Shown here: one piece after another, positions 20,102 through 31,260 of the stretch | Layout of the letters: the number at the start of each line of letters is the position of its first letter | Numbering within the stretch: the stretch's first letter is position 1 | Assembly: GCA_965243115.1 (NCBI GenBank) | Contig: CBDEUD010000003.1 | Location: 2,474,200 to 2,538,199, forward strand | Length of the DNA stretch: 64,000 nt | From: Gammaproteobacteria bacterium | GTDB lineage: Bacteria; Pseudomonadota; Gammaproteobacteria; Eutrophobiales; Eutrophobiaceae | Direction: 5' to 3' | Notes under the pieces: generated by a model | What the model saw: only the letters and a program-made list of their open reading frames with translations | Databases searched by the model: none | Told to the model about the DNA's origin: nothing | Position numbers and translations under genes: made by a program

Positions 20102-21376
20102 TCAGAAATTGTAAGTCAGGTTCAACTCGATAAAGCTGTCGTTACGCGTAGAGTAGTGGATATCCTCCCTGTCGATGCCGAGCAGGACAATCGCCTCGAG
20201 GTGCAGCGACCATCGGTCTGAGAGACGCCGGTCCAGGCCTACGCCCAGTGCCTGGGTGGACCGCCCCGTATCCGTGATGAAACTGGCGGTTATTTCGGTG
20301 CTCTGAACGTCATTCAGGGCCATACGCGCGGCGACAAAGATTTCTTTTTCAAACACGCCGGGTGAACGACTCGGGGTTGCATCCCGCCCCCGGTCGTCGT
20401 AATGCCATTCACCGAACAGCGTCAATTCAGCTACAGAACCGAATATGGAATAGAGCGTGTACTCGCTGCCAACGACGGTCGCTACGTAATCCTCTTCCTT
20501 ACCCTGAAGGTTCAGCGCGCCGGCGCGTTGAATCGCCTCCAGCTTGAACAGCCAGCCGCCGAGGGTCAACTGGGCGTCCAGACCGAACTGGCGGATCTGG
20601 GTATAGTATTGAACCAGGTTCAATTCGCCCTCAGGCGTTATGTCCAGTTGCGCGGCAGGCTCACGGTTGGTGCCGTCGAAAACACTCAGTCCAAAGTCCA
20701 GCGGTCCGAAACTGTTGCTGTAGCGCAGTGCGTAGTCAAGGTGCCACTCCTCGGCTGCGCTCTCGTAGCGGATGTTATCGTCATCGATGACCAGCGGCAG
20801 GCGCAGGCGGCCACGCCGGCCGGTAAAGGTCCGGGCGCGATGATAGGGCAAGCCGAACAGTTCCAGTACGCCCCAGTCACCGGCCAGGGTGGCATGAGCC
20901 ATGGGTTGTCCCAGCTTGGCCGTCCCATCGGGATGTTCGACAAAATCCACCTGGTTGATGACATCGACCAGGCGCTGCGATTCGACCACGCCCCAGAACA
21001 CCTGGTCGACTCCCAGACGCAGTTCCCATTCGTTATCGCCCATGGAGCCGAACATCAGCAGGTAGGCTTCACGCAGGTCCACGTGGGTACGGCGAGTGTC
21101 TGCGGCATCCAAACGGAAGAAAGGCGCCAGGGTGAAGCTTCTGCCACCGGCGTCCTCGATGTAGAACTCCGGCTCCAGCACAATACCGCCGGCGTAGTCC
21201 CGTTGCCCGGAAAACAGGGGGTCCTCGGGATACCAGCGGCCTTCAATGCTTGCGCTGCCGGTAAATTCGTAGTCGGCTATCTCAATTCCCACACAGGTCA
21301 CCGGCGCGGCGATGAGCAGCAAACACCAGACAACCCGGAAGACCGCTCGGCAATCAGCGGTACTGCGCGGCATCAA
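20102..21376 (-). CDS. Putative outer-membrane beta-barrel protein (DUF1302-like partner of MMPL transporter)
   Basis: Signal peptide, alternating beta-strand pattern and C-terminal ...NLTYNF ending in Phe. Last gene of the MMPL/LolA-like/OMP cluster. Confidence 0.6.
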   Translation of the reverse strand: MMPRSTADCRAVFRVVWCLLLIAAPVTCVGIEIADYEFTGSASIEGRWYPEDPLFSGQRDYAGGIVLEPEFYIEDAGGRSFTLAPFFRLDAADTRRTHVDLREAYLLMFGSMGDNEWELRLGVDQVFWGVVESQRLVDVINQVDFVEHPDGTAKLGQPMAHATLAGDWGVLELFGLPYHRARTFTGRRGRLRLPLVIDDDNIRYESAAEEWHLDYALRYSNSFGPLDFGLSVFDGTNREPAAQLDITPEGELNLVQYYTQIRQFGLDAQLTLGGWLFKLEAIQRAGALNLQGKEEDYVATVVGSEYTLYSIFGSVAELTLFGEWHYDDRGRDATPSRSPGVFEKEIFVAARMALNDVQSTEITASFITDTGRSTQALGVGLDRRLSDRWSLHLEAIVLLGIDREDIHYSTRNDSFIELNLTYNF

Positions 21377-22194
21377 CGCACCCGTTTTAACCCGGTCTGC
21401 GTAAATTCACGATCGTTCAAATCGGTACGGAACTGGTAGTCACTCCAGTTCAGGTCGGTACTCTTGCCGGTGAGATGGTTGATCATGGTCATCTCACCGG
21501 CATACCAGTAACTGTCCAGGTACTGCGCGTAGCCGGTCATGGTAAGCGTCTTCAGGTGCGCATCCTTGCGGTCGTAGTACTCGACTTTCCAGGTGCGCAA
21601 CTCGTCCCGGTCCTGCCACACCACCTGGCGGCTGTAGCCGGACTTCCTGTCCGTGGGGACGCGCTCGATGACCGTGCAGGTCAACTCACCGCACGGTTCA
21701 TCACGCAGGTAGCGATACGTGTACTTCTCCAGTTCCTGGGCGCCCATGTCTTCATAGGAGAACTCACTGCCCATGAATGAACCGGAACGGTTGGCCGAAC
21801 TGATGCGCTTCACCCGTTTCAACGCCGGCAGGTACAGCCACTGGTCATCCGCTTCCACCTTGTGGGCATGTATGAGAAAAGCGGTACCCTCAACGTCGCG
21901 CGGTTCATCGAACACAAACAGACTCTTGTCGCCGTCGCCCTCCACCTCCAGCACCTTGACCCGGAGTGAGCGCGTGCTTTCCTGACCCTGCTTGTTGCGC
22001 AGGACCATGGTCTGGCGCGCCGTGAAATTGCCGTACCCCTGCGCCCGTTCGTCGGTTGCGCGGGCAATGTTCAATCCGATTTCTTCAGGAGTGGCTGCTT
22101 CCGAGGTTGATTTTTGCGGCATACCCAGGGCCAGTAGCGCTAAACAGCATGTAAACAGCACGTACTTCGACCGGACGGAATACGTAGTAGCCAT
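21373..22194 (-). CDS. Outer-membrane lipoprotein-sorting (LolA-like) family protein
   Basis: Signal peptide. Family resemblance (COG2834-like) and genomic coupling to the MMPL transporter. 4-bp overlap with the downstream gene. Confidence 0.55.
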   Translation of the reverse strand: MATTYSVRSKYVLFTCCLALLALGMPQKSTSEAATPEEIGLNIARATDERAQGYGNFTARQTMVLRNKQGQESTRSLRVKVLEVEGDGDKSLFVFDEPRDVEGTAFLIHAHKVEADDQWLYLPALKRVKRISSANRSGSFMGSEFSYEDMGAQELEKYTYRYLRDEPCGELTCTVIERVPTDRKSGYSRQVVWQDRDELRTWKVEYYDRKDAHLKTLTMTGYAQYLDSYWYAGEMTMINHLTGKSTDLNWSDYQFRTDLNDREFTQTGLKRVR

Positions 22195-22293
22195 AAGTTT
22201 CTCCTGTGGATGCAGTATCAGAGACAGCCTGTCAAGATCATATCACGCCGGAGTTGTGGATGACCGGCCGGGAGGATTTGTTGAGTGTATAAA

Positions 22294-24627
22294 TCATAAT
22301 TTTTTCCTGTCGACAGCCATTAACAGCGGAGGCAGCAAGAAAAAATCGGCCAGCAGGGCGAACAGGATCGTGCCTGTCACCATCAGGCCGAGCGACCAGC
22401 TGACCTCGAATCCGGATAACGCGAATACCAGGAAACCGGCAACCAGGACCAGGGTAGTGGTCCACAGTGCCCGACCGACGGTACGAAAAGTGTACAGCAC
22501 GGCTTCCGGCGCAGGGTGCCCGGCGCGCCGGGCTTTCAGGTATTTGCTCAGGAAATGAGTGGTATCGTCCACGATGATGCCGAACGCGATCGCGGTCATC
22601 ACGGACCCGGCCAGGCCCACCTGGCCGACCAGGTAGCCCCACAGACCAAAACTCATGGCCGCGGGCACAAAATTGGGCACCAGGCTGATTACACCCAGGC
22701 GCACGCTTTTGAAGACCAGTATAAAAATCAGTGAAATCAGGCTCATCGCTATAACAGTGGCGCGTAACATGCTGTTGATGTTGCGTTGGGACAGGTGGGC
22801 AAAGGTGATACTGACGCCGGTTGCCGCGGTGACCATGCCGGGGGTGTTTGCGCGCAGCCAGTCCTGCGCGCGCGCATCGAGTTCGCGCAACTGTTGAGAG
22901 GAAGTGTGGCCGTCGACCACGGCGGTCATGCGGGTGGCGGACTTGGCAACGTCGATACGGTTGTTGAGGTCACTGCCGAACGGCAGCGAGAATTCATAGA
23001 GCAACAGGTATTGCGCGGCGAGTTCCGCGTTGTCAGGCAGCCGGTAAAAGGCCGGGTCGTCTCCATGCATGTTCCTGTTCAGACGTTTCATGATGTCCGG
23101 GAAGGCCTGTACATGAAACACCTCGGGTTGCTCCCGGAACCATGCGGCAAAGGCATCGACGTCGCGCAGGTAGCCGGGTTCCGTGATGCCGCCTTCAGCT
23201 CCCGCCTCAAGCGAGTATTCCAGCGTTTCCATACCGGTCAGGTTTTCGAGCACGAAGTCCGTATCACGCCTGAACTGGTAACGCTCGTCAAAATACTGCG
23301 TCCAGTTATCGGTCAATTCATTGCGGGTGATGCCGGCGATCAGGACAACCGTCAGGAGGGTAAAGGACCAGAGCAGGATGGTACTGCGGGCAGTGACAAA
23401 CGCACCCAAGCGATCGAAGAATCCGGGCTGGTCAGCCGGGACCGGGCGAGCGCGCAGCGGCAGGACCGACAGCAGCGCCGGCAAAAGAGTCATGGAGTAT
23501 ATGAATGCGCACAGTACTCCGAACGCCACCAGATTGCCCAGCACATGGAACGGCGGTGAATCAGAGGAGTTCAAGGTGAGGAACCCGCCGGCAGTCGTGG
23601 CCGAGGTAAGAAACACCGGCCAGGCATTGCTGCGCAACGATTCGATAATTGCCTTATTTTTATCCAGGCCCCGGGCCACGCCTGCCAGCGCGGCCGTGAC
23701 GATGTGGATGGAATCGGCCACTGCAATCGTCATGATGATGAGCGGCACGCCCGCATTGACCGGGTTGAACACGATGCCAATCCAGCCGGCGAACCCCATG
23801 GTCGTGTTGACGGTGAACATGACCACGAGAATGGAGACCAGGGTACCGGTTACGGAACGCAGCAACAGGGCAGTTGCGACCAGTATGATGAGGAACACTA
23901 CCGGAGTCAGTTTCTCCATGTCGTCCTTGGTGGCGTCCGCGAAAGCGCGGTTCAGGACGACATCACCGGTGAGATAATAGGCCAGGTCCGGACGGCTTGT
24001 GCGCGCCTCATCCAGCAGCGCGTTGAGATGGTCGGTTATCTCAACCACTGCAGCGTCCGGGTTTTCCGGCAGGGAGAAGGTTATCGCCATGCCGGCCACA
24101 CGGCCGTCGCGGGCGACCAGGCGTCCGGCAATTTCGGTCGCGTTCAGCGCGATCTCTTCTACCCTCTGCAAGTCGGCATCGCTCAGGGACTGTGCGTCAT
24201 CGACCAGCGGTTCAACTACCAGGTCATCGCCGAATGCCTCGCTGTGGTTGTAGTTGGTCAATGAATCGACCCGGGTGGAATAAGGCGCAAGCCATGCGGC
24301 TTCGGTCAACTCCTCAACCGCTCCCAGGGTTTCCCGGGTAAACACCGAGCCCTGCCCGGGGCTGATCGCGATCAGCGCGGTATTGGATTCGGTGTACGTG
24401 GCTTCCAGGGCATCGAACGCGGCCAGTTGCGGGTTTCCTTCGTCAAACAGGCTGCGGTAGTCATTGGTGACGCCGATGAAGGGAACGCCCCCGGTCATGG
24501 CCAGCATGATCAGCGCTGCAAACGTAATAACCAGCCAGCGGCGGCCCAGGATGATATCGATGTAGCGGTCCAGCAGCAAGGGTATCTTCGTATCAGCCAT
24601 CATGCACAAATTCGGGGACAGATGCAC
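22294..24627 (-). CDS. MMPL/RND-superfamily membrane transporter (HpnN-like lipid exporter type)
   Basis: 777 aa with two 6-TM bundles separated by periplasmic loops, an RND/MMPL signature. GTG at 24627, or ATG ATG at 24603/24600. Confidence 0.75.
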   Translation of the reverse strand: MHLSPNLCMMADTKIPLLLDRYIDIILGRRWLVITFAALIMLAMTGGVPFIGVTNDYRSLFDEGNPQLAAFDALEATYTESNTALIAISPGQGSVFTRETLGAVEELTEAAWLAPYSTRVDSLTNYNHSEAFGDDLVVEPLVDDAQSLSDADLQRVEEIALNATEIAGRLVARDGRVAGMAITFSLPENPDAAVVEITDHLNALLDEARTSRPDLAYYLTGDVVLNRAFADATKDDMEKLTPVVFLIILVATALLLRSVTGTLVSILVVMFTVNTTMGFAGWIGIVFNPVNAGVPLIIMTIAVADSIHIVTAALAGVARGLDKNKAIIESLRSNAWPVFLTSATTAGGFLTLNSSDSPPFHVLGNLVAFGVLCAFIYSMTLLPALLSVLPLRARPVPADQPGFFDRLGAFVTARSTILLWSFTLLTVVLIAGITRNELTDNWTQYFDERYQFRRDTDFVLENLTGMETLEYSLEAGAEGGITEPGYLRDVDAFAAWFREQPEVFHVQAFPDIMKRLNRNMHGDDPAFYRLPDNAELAAQYLLLYEFSLPFGSDLNNRIDVAKSATRMTAVVDGHTSSQQLRELDARAQDWLRANTPGMVTAATGVSITFAHLSQRNINSMLRATVIAMSLISLIFILVFKSVRLGVISLVPNFVPAAMSFGLWGYLVGQVGLAGSVMTAIAFGIIVDDTTHFLSKYLKARRAGHPAPEAVLYTFRTVGRALWTTTLVLVAGFLVFALSGFEVSWSLGLMVTGTILFALLADFFLLPPLLMAVDRKKL

Positions 24628-24651
24628 ATCTGTCCCCGTTATTCACCATTG

Positions 24652-25818
24652 TCACCATTTTTTCGATAATTCCGAATGGGCGCTATCCGGAAGTTTGTAA
24701 CTGATGCCCTGCTTTTCATAATTGGAAATCTGGGTCATCAACTCGAAAGCATCCGGTATGTTCCCTTTGAAAAGTCTATTGTAAAGGGCTTTCCCCCGCT
24801 GCTCCAGGGCAAAGAAGAACAGGGAGCCCCAGGTATTCAGTCTGGGGTATTGAAGCTGGTCAGCGAGTTCATTCCCGATCAGCGCACGCGACAAACGGTA
24901 CACCCTGCGCACCAGCTTCTCGGAATCCGGGCCTTCCATGTTCACCAGCGTCGGCGCGGCGTTGATCAGGGTATTGGCCATGGCGATCGACTCCATGGGC
25001 GGCGGCGGTTCGCACATCAAGCCGATATTGAACAGGTGATTTGCCTGCTCTTCGGTGTGGGCAACCAGCACGTCGGGTATGCCCATCAGGTAACCTTGAT
25101 AACGCCAGATATGCATGAAACCATCCCGCTCTTCTGCGCTGATCTTCAGCAACAGCAAACGCCGGATATAGTGTAACACCCGCGCGGAGAATACCGTATT
25201 GGCCAGGCCCAGGTGCGCGGCGCTGATGGGCACCCCCCAGGCGTCGGTGTCCCAATCCGGCTGGCTGCTTATCAGCCGCCGGATTTGCGCATGCACCAGG
25301 CGCAGACGCACCGTCAGCTTCCAGCCCTCACCCTGGCGTTCGAGACCGCCGGGCAGGAACAGCTCCACCTGGTGCCGGTTGTTCTGCTTCAGCCTGCGCA
25401 CTCCCTGGTTTCCGTCGAACAGGCGACCCGTGTACAGGAACGATTTGGCGATGCCGCTGCTGAACCCTTCAATGAGGCCGGCGCCGACCAGCGATGCGGT
25501 AAACACATAAGGGAAACGGTAGAAGAGCCTTGAACCGTGCAAGCTTGCTTCCGGGTCGAACCAGTCCGGCGCAGTGTCCAGCCGCGCGAAAAACGCCCTG
25601 AGCGACTCCGGCGCGTCGCGCATTACAGTCTCGTTCTGCTCCATGGCGGCCTTTATATAGCCGGCTGATTCATCCTGACTCAAGGAGGCCATATCTTCGA
25701 CTACCGCATCAGCGTCGGGATCGCCCACAAACAGGTGAGAAACGTAAGTGGCCGCTACCTCAGGATCACGCAGCCGGGCTTTTTCATAACCTTCAACAAA
25801 ATCCGAGGGTATTTGCAT
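24652..25818 (-). CDS. DUF2236 (MpaB/rubber-oxygenase-like) family protein, putative oxygenase
   Basis: Family-level resemblance only (HxxR-rich helical protein of about 390 aa). Low confidence in function. Confidence 0.45.
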   Translation of the reverse strand: MQIPSDFVEGYEKARLRDPEVAATYVSHLFVGDPDADAVVEDMASLSQDESAGYIKAAMEQNETVMRDAPESLRAFFARLDTAPDWFDPEASLHGSRLFYRFPYVFTASLVGAGLIEGFSSGIAKSFLYTGRLFDGNQGVRRLKQNNRHQVELFLPGGLERQGEGWKLTVRLRLVHAQIRRLISSQPDWDTDAWGVPISAAHLGLANTVFSARVLHYIRRLLLLKISAEERDGFMHIWRYQGYLMGIPDVLVAHTEEQANHLFNIGLMCEPPPPMESIAMANTLINAAPTLVNMEGPDSEKLVRRVYRLSRALIGNELADQLQYPRLNTWGSLFFFALEQRGKALYNRLFKGNIPDAFELMTQISNYEKQGISYKLPDSAHSELSKKW

Positions 25819-25898
25819 TACCCTGTGCTCCCCATTTCACGCTATGTGTAAAGGCTGAACGGTTATTACCTGTTGCGAACTATACTAAAATTCAGAAA

Positions 25899-26858
25899 TC
25901 AAACCCGCCCTTCTCCAGACTTGCCGCTATAAAGTTCGCGGGGCAGTGAAAATACCACGCTTTCCCGTATGCCGGGCGCCTCCACGACATTTTCAACACC
26001 CCACTTCTCCAGTTGGTCAATGACTTCTTCGACCAGGACTTCGGGCGCCGAAGCGCCCGCGGTCACGCCGATATTGGTCTTGCCCTCCAGCCACCCCTGC
26101 TGTATTTCCGTGACATTATCTATCAGGTAGGCAGGGACGCCTTTCTTCTGGGAGATTTCCATCAGGCGGGTGGAGTTGGAGCTGTTCTGCGAACCCACGA
26201 CCAGGATCAGATCACACTCGCCGGTCAGTTTCTTGACCGCGTCCTGGCGGTTTTGCGTGGCATAACAGATATCCTCTTTTTTGGGCCCGACGATCTTCGG
26301 AAAGCGCAGGCGCAAGGCATCGATCACCTCGGAGGTGTCGTCCACGGACAGGGTGGTCTGTGTCACGAACGCGAGAAATTCGGGATTTTTAACATCCAGG
26401 TTATTAACATCCTCGACGGATTCCACCAGGTACATGGCGCCGCCGTTGCGGGGGCGGTACTGGCCCAGGGTGCCTTCCACCTCGGGGTGTCCCGCATGGC
26501 CGATGAGGATACATTCCCTGCCCTCATCCTGGTAGCGGCCCACTTCCATGTGCACTTTCGTGACCAGTGGACAGATCGCATCAAACACCCGCAATTTCCT
26601 GCGTACGGCCTCTTCCCGCACTGCCTTGGAAACCCCGTGGGCGCTGAAGATGACCACCGAATTATCCGGCACCTCATCCAGTTCATTCACGAATACCGCG
26701 CCTTTATCCCGCAAGGTTTCAACCACGTATTTATTATGCACCACTTCGTGGCGCACATAGACCGGCATACCGAACAGACCCAGCGCGCGTTCAACTATTT
26801 CGATTGCCCGGTCGACGCCGGCACAGAAGCCCCGGGGGTTGGCAAGAGTAATTTGCAT
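25899..26858 (-). CDS. ispH: 4-hydroxy-3-methylbut-2-enyl diphosphate reductase
   Basis: [23 protein letters not shown]... and the three conserved Cys of IspH/LytB. Confidence 0.92.
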   Translation of the reverse strand: MQITLANPRGFCAGVDRAIEIVERALGLFGMPVYVRHEVVHNKYVVETLRDKGAVFVNELDEVPDNSVVIFSAHGVSKAVREEAVRRKLRVFDAICPLVTKVHMEVGRYQDEGRECILIGHAGHPEVEGTLGQYRPRNGGAMYLVESVEDVNNLDVKNPEFLAFVTQTTLSVDDTSEVIDALRLRFPKIVGPKKEDICYATQNRQDAVKKLTGECDLILVVGSQNSSNSTRLMEISQKKGVPAYLIDNVTEIQQGWLEGKTNIGVTAGASAPEVLVEEVIDQLEKWGVENVVEAPGIRESVVFSLPRELYSGKSGEGRV

Positions 26859-27011
26859 TTGACACCAGTTGGCAGTTAAAATACCCGGGTATTATATACC
26901 GTTATCGCCCCTGATTACTAAACTCATATTTTTTCTTACTTTCAGGCATATCCCTTCAGCAGAGAAGAACAGAAACACACACCTCCTGTAAACCCTGCGT
27001 ATCCATGTGAA

Positions 27012-27500
27012 TCAGGGTTTTTTGAATGCATCCAGGATCAATAACAAAGCGCCGGCGGTGATGGCGGAATCCGCGATATTGAATACCGGCCACGACCACT
27101 GGTCATAATACACTTCAATAAAATCAATCACGTAGCCGTATTGCAGCCGGTCCCACAGGTTGCCGATGGCGCCGCCGATGATCAAGGCCAGGGCACAGGC
27201 CAGCGCTGCGCGCCTGGCGGGCAAGCGTAGCAGCCAGATGAACAGCACGACACTGATGCAGGTCGTCAGAACAATAAAGAAGTAACGTTGCCAGCCGCCT
27301 GCGTCCCGGAGAAAACTGAATGCCGCGCCGCTGTTATGGACCAGGGTCAGGTTGAATCCGGGGAATACCGGATGGGCGTGGTTGAACGTCAACCACTGGC
27401 TCGCCGCGAACTTTGTAACCTGGTCGAGGATAACGATGATCAGGGTCAGCCAGAGCCAGCGTAAATTTGCGGTTTTCATCAAACAGGGCTTAACATTCAA
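27012..27500 (-). CDS. lspA: Lipoprotein signal peptidase (signal peptidase II)
   Basis: 162 aa, 4 TM, conserved LspA Asn/Asp boxes (FNIAD). Abuts the ileS stop. Confidence 0.9.
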   Translation of the reverse strand: MNVKPCLMKTANLRWLWLTLIIVILDQVTKFAASQWLTFNHAHPVFPGFNLTLVHNSGAAFSFLRDAGGWQRYFFIVLTTCISVVLFIWLLRLPARRAALACALALIIGGAIGNLWDRLQYGYVIDFIEVYYDQWSWPVFNIADSAITAGALLLILDAFKKP

Positions 27501-30314
27501 TCAGGCAAACCTGCGTGTTTCGCCGGCGCCGTCCACGTTGAGCACGCAGCGGCCGCACAGTTCCGGATGTGCCGGGTCAACGCCGATATCCTCACAGTGG
27601 TGCCAGCAGCGCACACATTTTCCGAATGGCGAGGCCGTCACTCTAATCCAAAGTCCGTCCAGCTCGCTTTGACGGGCGTCGTCCGGCCTGTGCGCGGCCC
27701 CGCAAACATCCACGCGCGAGGTAATGAACACAAAGCGCAATTCATCACCGAGGTAATCCAGGGCGGTCCTGAGGGGGGCGTCACAATATATTTCCACTTC
27801 CGCATCCAGGGATGAACCGATTGCGCCTGCCGTGCGCAGGCGCTCCAGGTCACGGCTGGCTTCCTCGCGTACTTTTATGACCCTTGGCCAGTGCTCCTCT
27901 ATGGTTACCGCCGGGAAGTCCCGGTACCACTCCTCCAGGAAAACCGACTCGGCGCGCGGGCCGGGCAAATGACGCCAGATTTCATCGGCTGTGAAGCTCA
28001 GCACAGGCGCCAGCCAGCGCACCAGGGCCTCGGCGATATGATACATGGCCGTCTGTGCCGAACGCCTTGCCGGGCTGCGGCGTTGCAGGGTATACATGCG
28101 ATCCTTGATAATATCCAGGTAGAAACTGCCCAGGGTCACGACACAGAAGTGATGCAGTTTCTGGTAGATCAGATGGAACTGGAATTCGCCGTATGCCCGG
28201 ACGATCTGTTCCTGCAGCCTGACTGTCTCCAGCAACACCCACTTGTCCAGTTCCAGCATATCACCGGCCGGGACGCAATCGGTATCAGGATCAAACCGGT
28301 CCAGGTTTGCCAGCAGGTAGCGCGCGGTATTCCTGATCCTTCGGTACGCGTCAGACATACGCTTGAGGATTTCATCGGACACGTTCATCTCACCCCGGTA
28401 GTCCGTGGCGGAAACCCATAACCGCAGAATGTCGGCGCCGAGGGTTTGCATCACTTGTTGCGGCGCTATCACGTTCCCGAGCGATTTGGACATTTTCATG
28501 CCCTTTGCATCGACAGTGAAGCCGTGGGTAAGCACACCGCGGTAAGGCGCCTGCTTTCTGATGCCTACCGAGGTCAGCAATGATGACTGGAACCAGCCCC
28601 GGTGCTGGTCCGACCCTTCCAGGTAGAGGTCGGCAGGGAACGCCAGTCTTTCATCAGCTTCCAGCACGGTGGCGTGGGTAACGCCTGAATCAAACCACAC
28701 ATCCAGGATGTCCGTCACTTTCTCGTAACGGCCGCCCTCCTCTCCGAGCAACTCCCCGGCATCGAGGTCGAACCATCCATCTATCCCGGTCTGTTCAATC
28801 TTCTGCGCAACCGCCTCCACCAGGCGTGTGCTGTCCGGATGCAGATCCCCCGACTGCCGGTCGATAAACACCGCTATCGGCACTCCCCAGGTGCGTTGCC
28901 GGGAAATACACCAGTCGGTACGCTCGTTCACCATGTCATGTATGCGCTGGCGGCCCCAGTCGGGTGTCCAGCGCACCTGGTCGATCGCCGCCAGGGCGCC
29001 GGCCCGCAGCTCCCGGGCATCCATGCTGAAAAACCACTGCGGCGTCGCCCGGAAGATAACCGGGGATTTATGCCGCCAGCAATGCGGATAACTGTGCAGC
29101 ACCGTTGTTTCCACCAGCAGGTGCATCCTGTCGATAAGGACTTCGATGATATGGGAATTTGCCTTGAACACGTGTTCGCCGGCAAACAATTCCGTGTCAT
29201 CACGGAAACAGCCGTTATCGGCTACCGGGTTGCTGACAGGCAGGCCGTATTTCCGGCCTACGTTGAAATCGTCCACCCCGTGCCCCGGTGAGGTATGCAC
29301 GGCGCCGGTGCCGGTCTCCAGGGTGACGTGATCTCCCAGTATCACCGGTACGTGATAAGCATAAAACGGGTGTTGCAGTTGCAGGCCTTCCAGGTCCGTC
29401 CCCTTGAGTGAAGCCACTATCCGGTAATCCTCAATGCCGTAGCGATGCAAAGCGGAAGTAGCCAGCTTTTCGGCGAGAATCAGCCGCTCCCTGCCGCGTT
29501 GCGACTCACACTGCACGACGACGTATTCGAACTCCGGGTTAAACGCCACACCCCGGTTACCCGGCAGGGTCCAGGGTGTCGTCGTCCAGATCACCACGAA
29601 AACCTGTCCTTCGCCCCGGTCTTTACACTGTCCCGGCACCCTGCCGAACAGGTCGTCTTCATTGACTACCGGAAAACACACATCGATGGCCGGAGACTGC
29701 TTGTCCAGGTACTCTACCTCCGCTTCCGCCAGTGCCGAAGCGCAATCCAGGCACCAGTACACAGGCTTGAAACCCCGGACCAGGTGCCCTGCCTCAATCA
29801 TCCTGCCCAGGGCGCGCACGATATCGGCTTCGGTGCGGTAATTCATGGTCAGGTATGGATTATCCCAGTCTCCCAGTACTCCTAGCCGCTGGAAATCGGA
29901 ATTCTGCCGGGCAATCTGTTTGCGGGCATACTCGCGGCAGGCATCGCGAAACGTGCGCGCATCAACCCGTACGCCGGCTTTACCGATTTTCTTCTCCACC
30001 TGGTGCTCGATCGGAAGTCCATGGCAATCCCAGCCGGGCACATACGGGCAATCCAGCCCGTCCAGACCGTGCGACTTGACGATGATGTCTTTCAGGATTT
30101 TATTGACGGCATGCCCCAGGTGGATGTCGCCGTTGGCGTAGGGAGGGCCGTCATGCAGTATATACTTCTTGCGGCCTGCCCTGTGTTGCCGGATGCGTGA
30201 ATAAATATCCTGCTCCTGCCAGCGCCGCAGCATTTCCGGTTCCCGCCGGGCCAGGTTCCCCTTCATGGGGAAGTCCGTTTTCGGCAGTGTCAGGGTATCT
30301 TTATAGTCAGTCAT
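27501..30314 (-). CDS. ileS: Isoleucine--tRNA ligase
   Basis: 937 aa with HLGH and KMSKS motifs and C-terminal zinc-finger cysteines. Confidence 0.95.
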   Translation of the reverse strand: MTDYKDTLTLPKTDFPMKGNLARREPEMLRRWQEQDIYSRIRQHRAGRKKYILHDGPPYANGDIHLGHAVNKILKDIIVKSHGLDGLDCPYVPGWDCHGLPIEHQVEKKIGKAGVRVDARTFRDACREYARKQIARQNSDFQRLGVLGDWDNPYLTMNYRTEADIVRALGRMIEAGHLVRGFKPVYWCLDCASALAEAEVEYLDKQSPAIDVCFPVVNEDDLFGRVPGQCKDRGEGQVFVVIWTTTPWTLPGNRGVAFNPEFEYVVVQCESQRGRERLILAEKLATSALHRYGIEDYRIVASLKGTDLEGLQLQHPFYAYHVPVILGDHVTLETGTGAVHTSPGHGVDDFNVGRKYGLPVSNPVADNGCFRDDTELFAGEHVFKANSHIIEVLIDRMHLLVETTVLHSYPHCWRHKSPVIFRATPQWFFSMDARELRAGALAAIDQVRWTPDWGRQRIHDMVNERTDWCISRQRTWGVPIAVFIDRQSGDLHPDSTRLVEAVAQKIEQTGIDGWFDLDAGELLGEEGGRYEKVTDILDVWFDSGVTHATVLEADERLAFPADLYLEGSDQHRGWFQSSLLTSVGIRKQAPYRGVLTHGFTVDAKGMKMSKSLGNVIAPQQVMQTLGADILRLWVSATDYRGEMNVSDEILKRMSDAYRRIRNTARYLLANLDRFDPDTDCVPAGDMLELDKWVLLETVRLQEQIVRAYGEFQFHLIYQKLHHFCVVTLGSFYLDIIKDRMYTLQRRSPARRSAQTAMYHIAEALVRWLAPVLSFTADEIWRHLPGPRAESVFLEEWYRDFPAVTIEEHWPRVIKVREEASRDLERLRTAGAIGSSLDAEVEIYCDAPLRTALDYLGDELRFVFITSRVDVCGAAHRPDDARQSELDGLWIRVTASPFGKCVRCWHHCEDIGVDPAHPELCGRCVLNVDGAGETRRFA

Positions 30315-31255
30315 GACTTCGCAAGGTCGATATCCGTGAAGTATTCCCTGGCTGTCTCTATGTCCGTTGCAATCTGCGCCACCAGTTCATCGATGGAAGA
30401 GAATTTGCGTTCATCACGCAGCCGTTTGAAAAATTCGACGCTGATATGCCTGCCGTAAATCATCTTGTCAAAGTCAAACAAATGGGCTTCCAGCAACAGC
30501 TTTTTTTCATCGAATACCGGGCGCGTACCGAGGTTGGCGACTCCCAGGTGCGTCATGTCGTCGGCCCCTTTCACACTCACGGCAAATACGCCCCGCAACG
30601 GAACGTAGCGTTTGCTGAGGTTGATATTTGCCGTTGGAAACCCCAGCTGGCGGCCCCGTTTGGCGCCGTGTACGACACGCCCGCTGATACTGAAATAACG
30701 GCCCAGCAACAACTGTGCCTCCTCAAACCGGCTCTCCTGCAACCGGTCACGGATAATGCTGCTGCTGACCCGGTCGCCGTCAAGCCTGTGCGTTTCCGTG
30801 AGAATGACGTCAAAGCCCAGCCGTTTGCCGAAATCCCGCAGCATCCTGAAGTCACCCCGGCGGTTTTTACCGAACTTGAAATCATCACCGATAATCAGGC
30901 GTTTTATGGACAGGTCGCCCACCAGGACCTGTTCGATAAACTGTTCCGCAGACAGCTCGGCGATGCTCTGCTGAAACCGCAGGCAGAGCACGCGGTCAAT
31001 GTCCTGCTGCTTGAGAATCTCCAGTTTTTCCCTGAAACTCGTGATCCGGGTGGGGGCATCCCCCGCCTTGAAAAACTCCTGGGGATGGGGCTCGAAGGTT
31101 ATCACCAGTGCCGGCAAACCCATCACCTCTGCATGGCGTTTGAGCTGCCTGAGCACGGCCTGGTGTCCCAGGTGAATCCCGTCATAGTTGCCGATGGTGG
31201 CAACGCACCCACGGTGACGCGACTTGAGATTGTATGAATATCTGATCAGTTCCAT
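30311..31255 (-). CDS. ribF: Bifunctional riboflavin kinase / FAD synthetase
   Basis: 314 aa with an N-terminal FAD synthetase ([11 protein letters not shown]) and a C-terminal riboflavin kinase. Confidence 0.9.
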   Translation of the reverse strand: MELIRYSYNLKSRHRGCVATIGNYDGIHLGHQAVLRQLKRHAEVMGLPALVITFEPHPQEFFKAGDAPTRITSFREKLEILKQQDIDRVLCLRFQQSIAELSAEQFIEQVLVGDLSIKRLIIGDDFKFGKNRRGDFRMLRDFGKRLGFDVILTETHRLDGDRVSSSIIRDRLQESRFEEAQLLLGRYFSISGRVVHGAKRGRQLGFPTANINLSKRYVPLRGVFAVSVKGADDMTHLGVANLGTRPVFDEKKLLLEAHLFDFDKMIYGRHISVEFFKRLRDERKFSSIDELVAQIATDIETAREYFTDIDLAKS

Positions 31256-31260
31256 TGGGG

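Noticed and set aside
20402-21439. 345-aa plus-strand ORF overlapping the OM barrel and LolA-like genes
   Set aside because: It spans two minus-strand genes that have signal peptides and a C-terminal Phe barrel signature. It has no recognisable domain.
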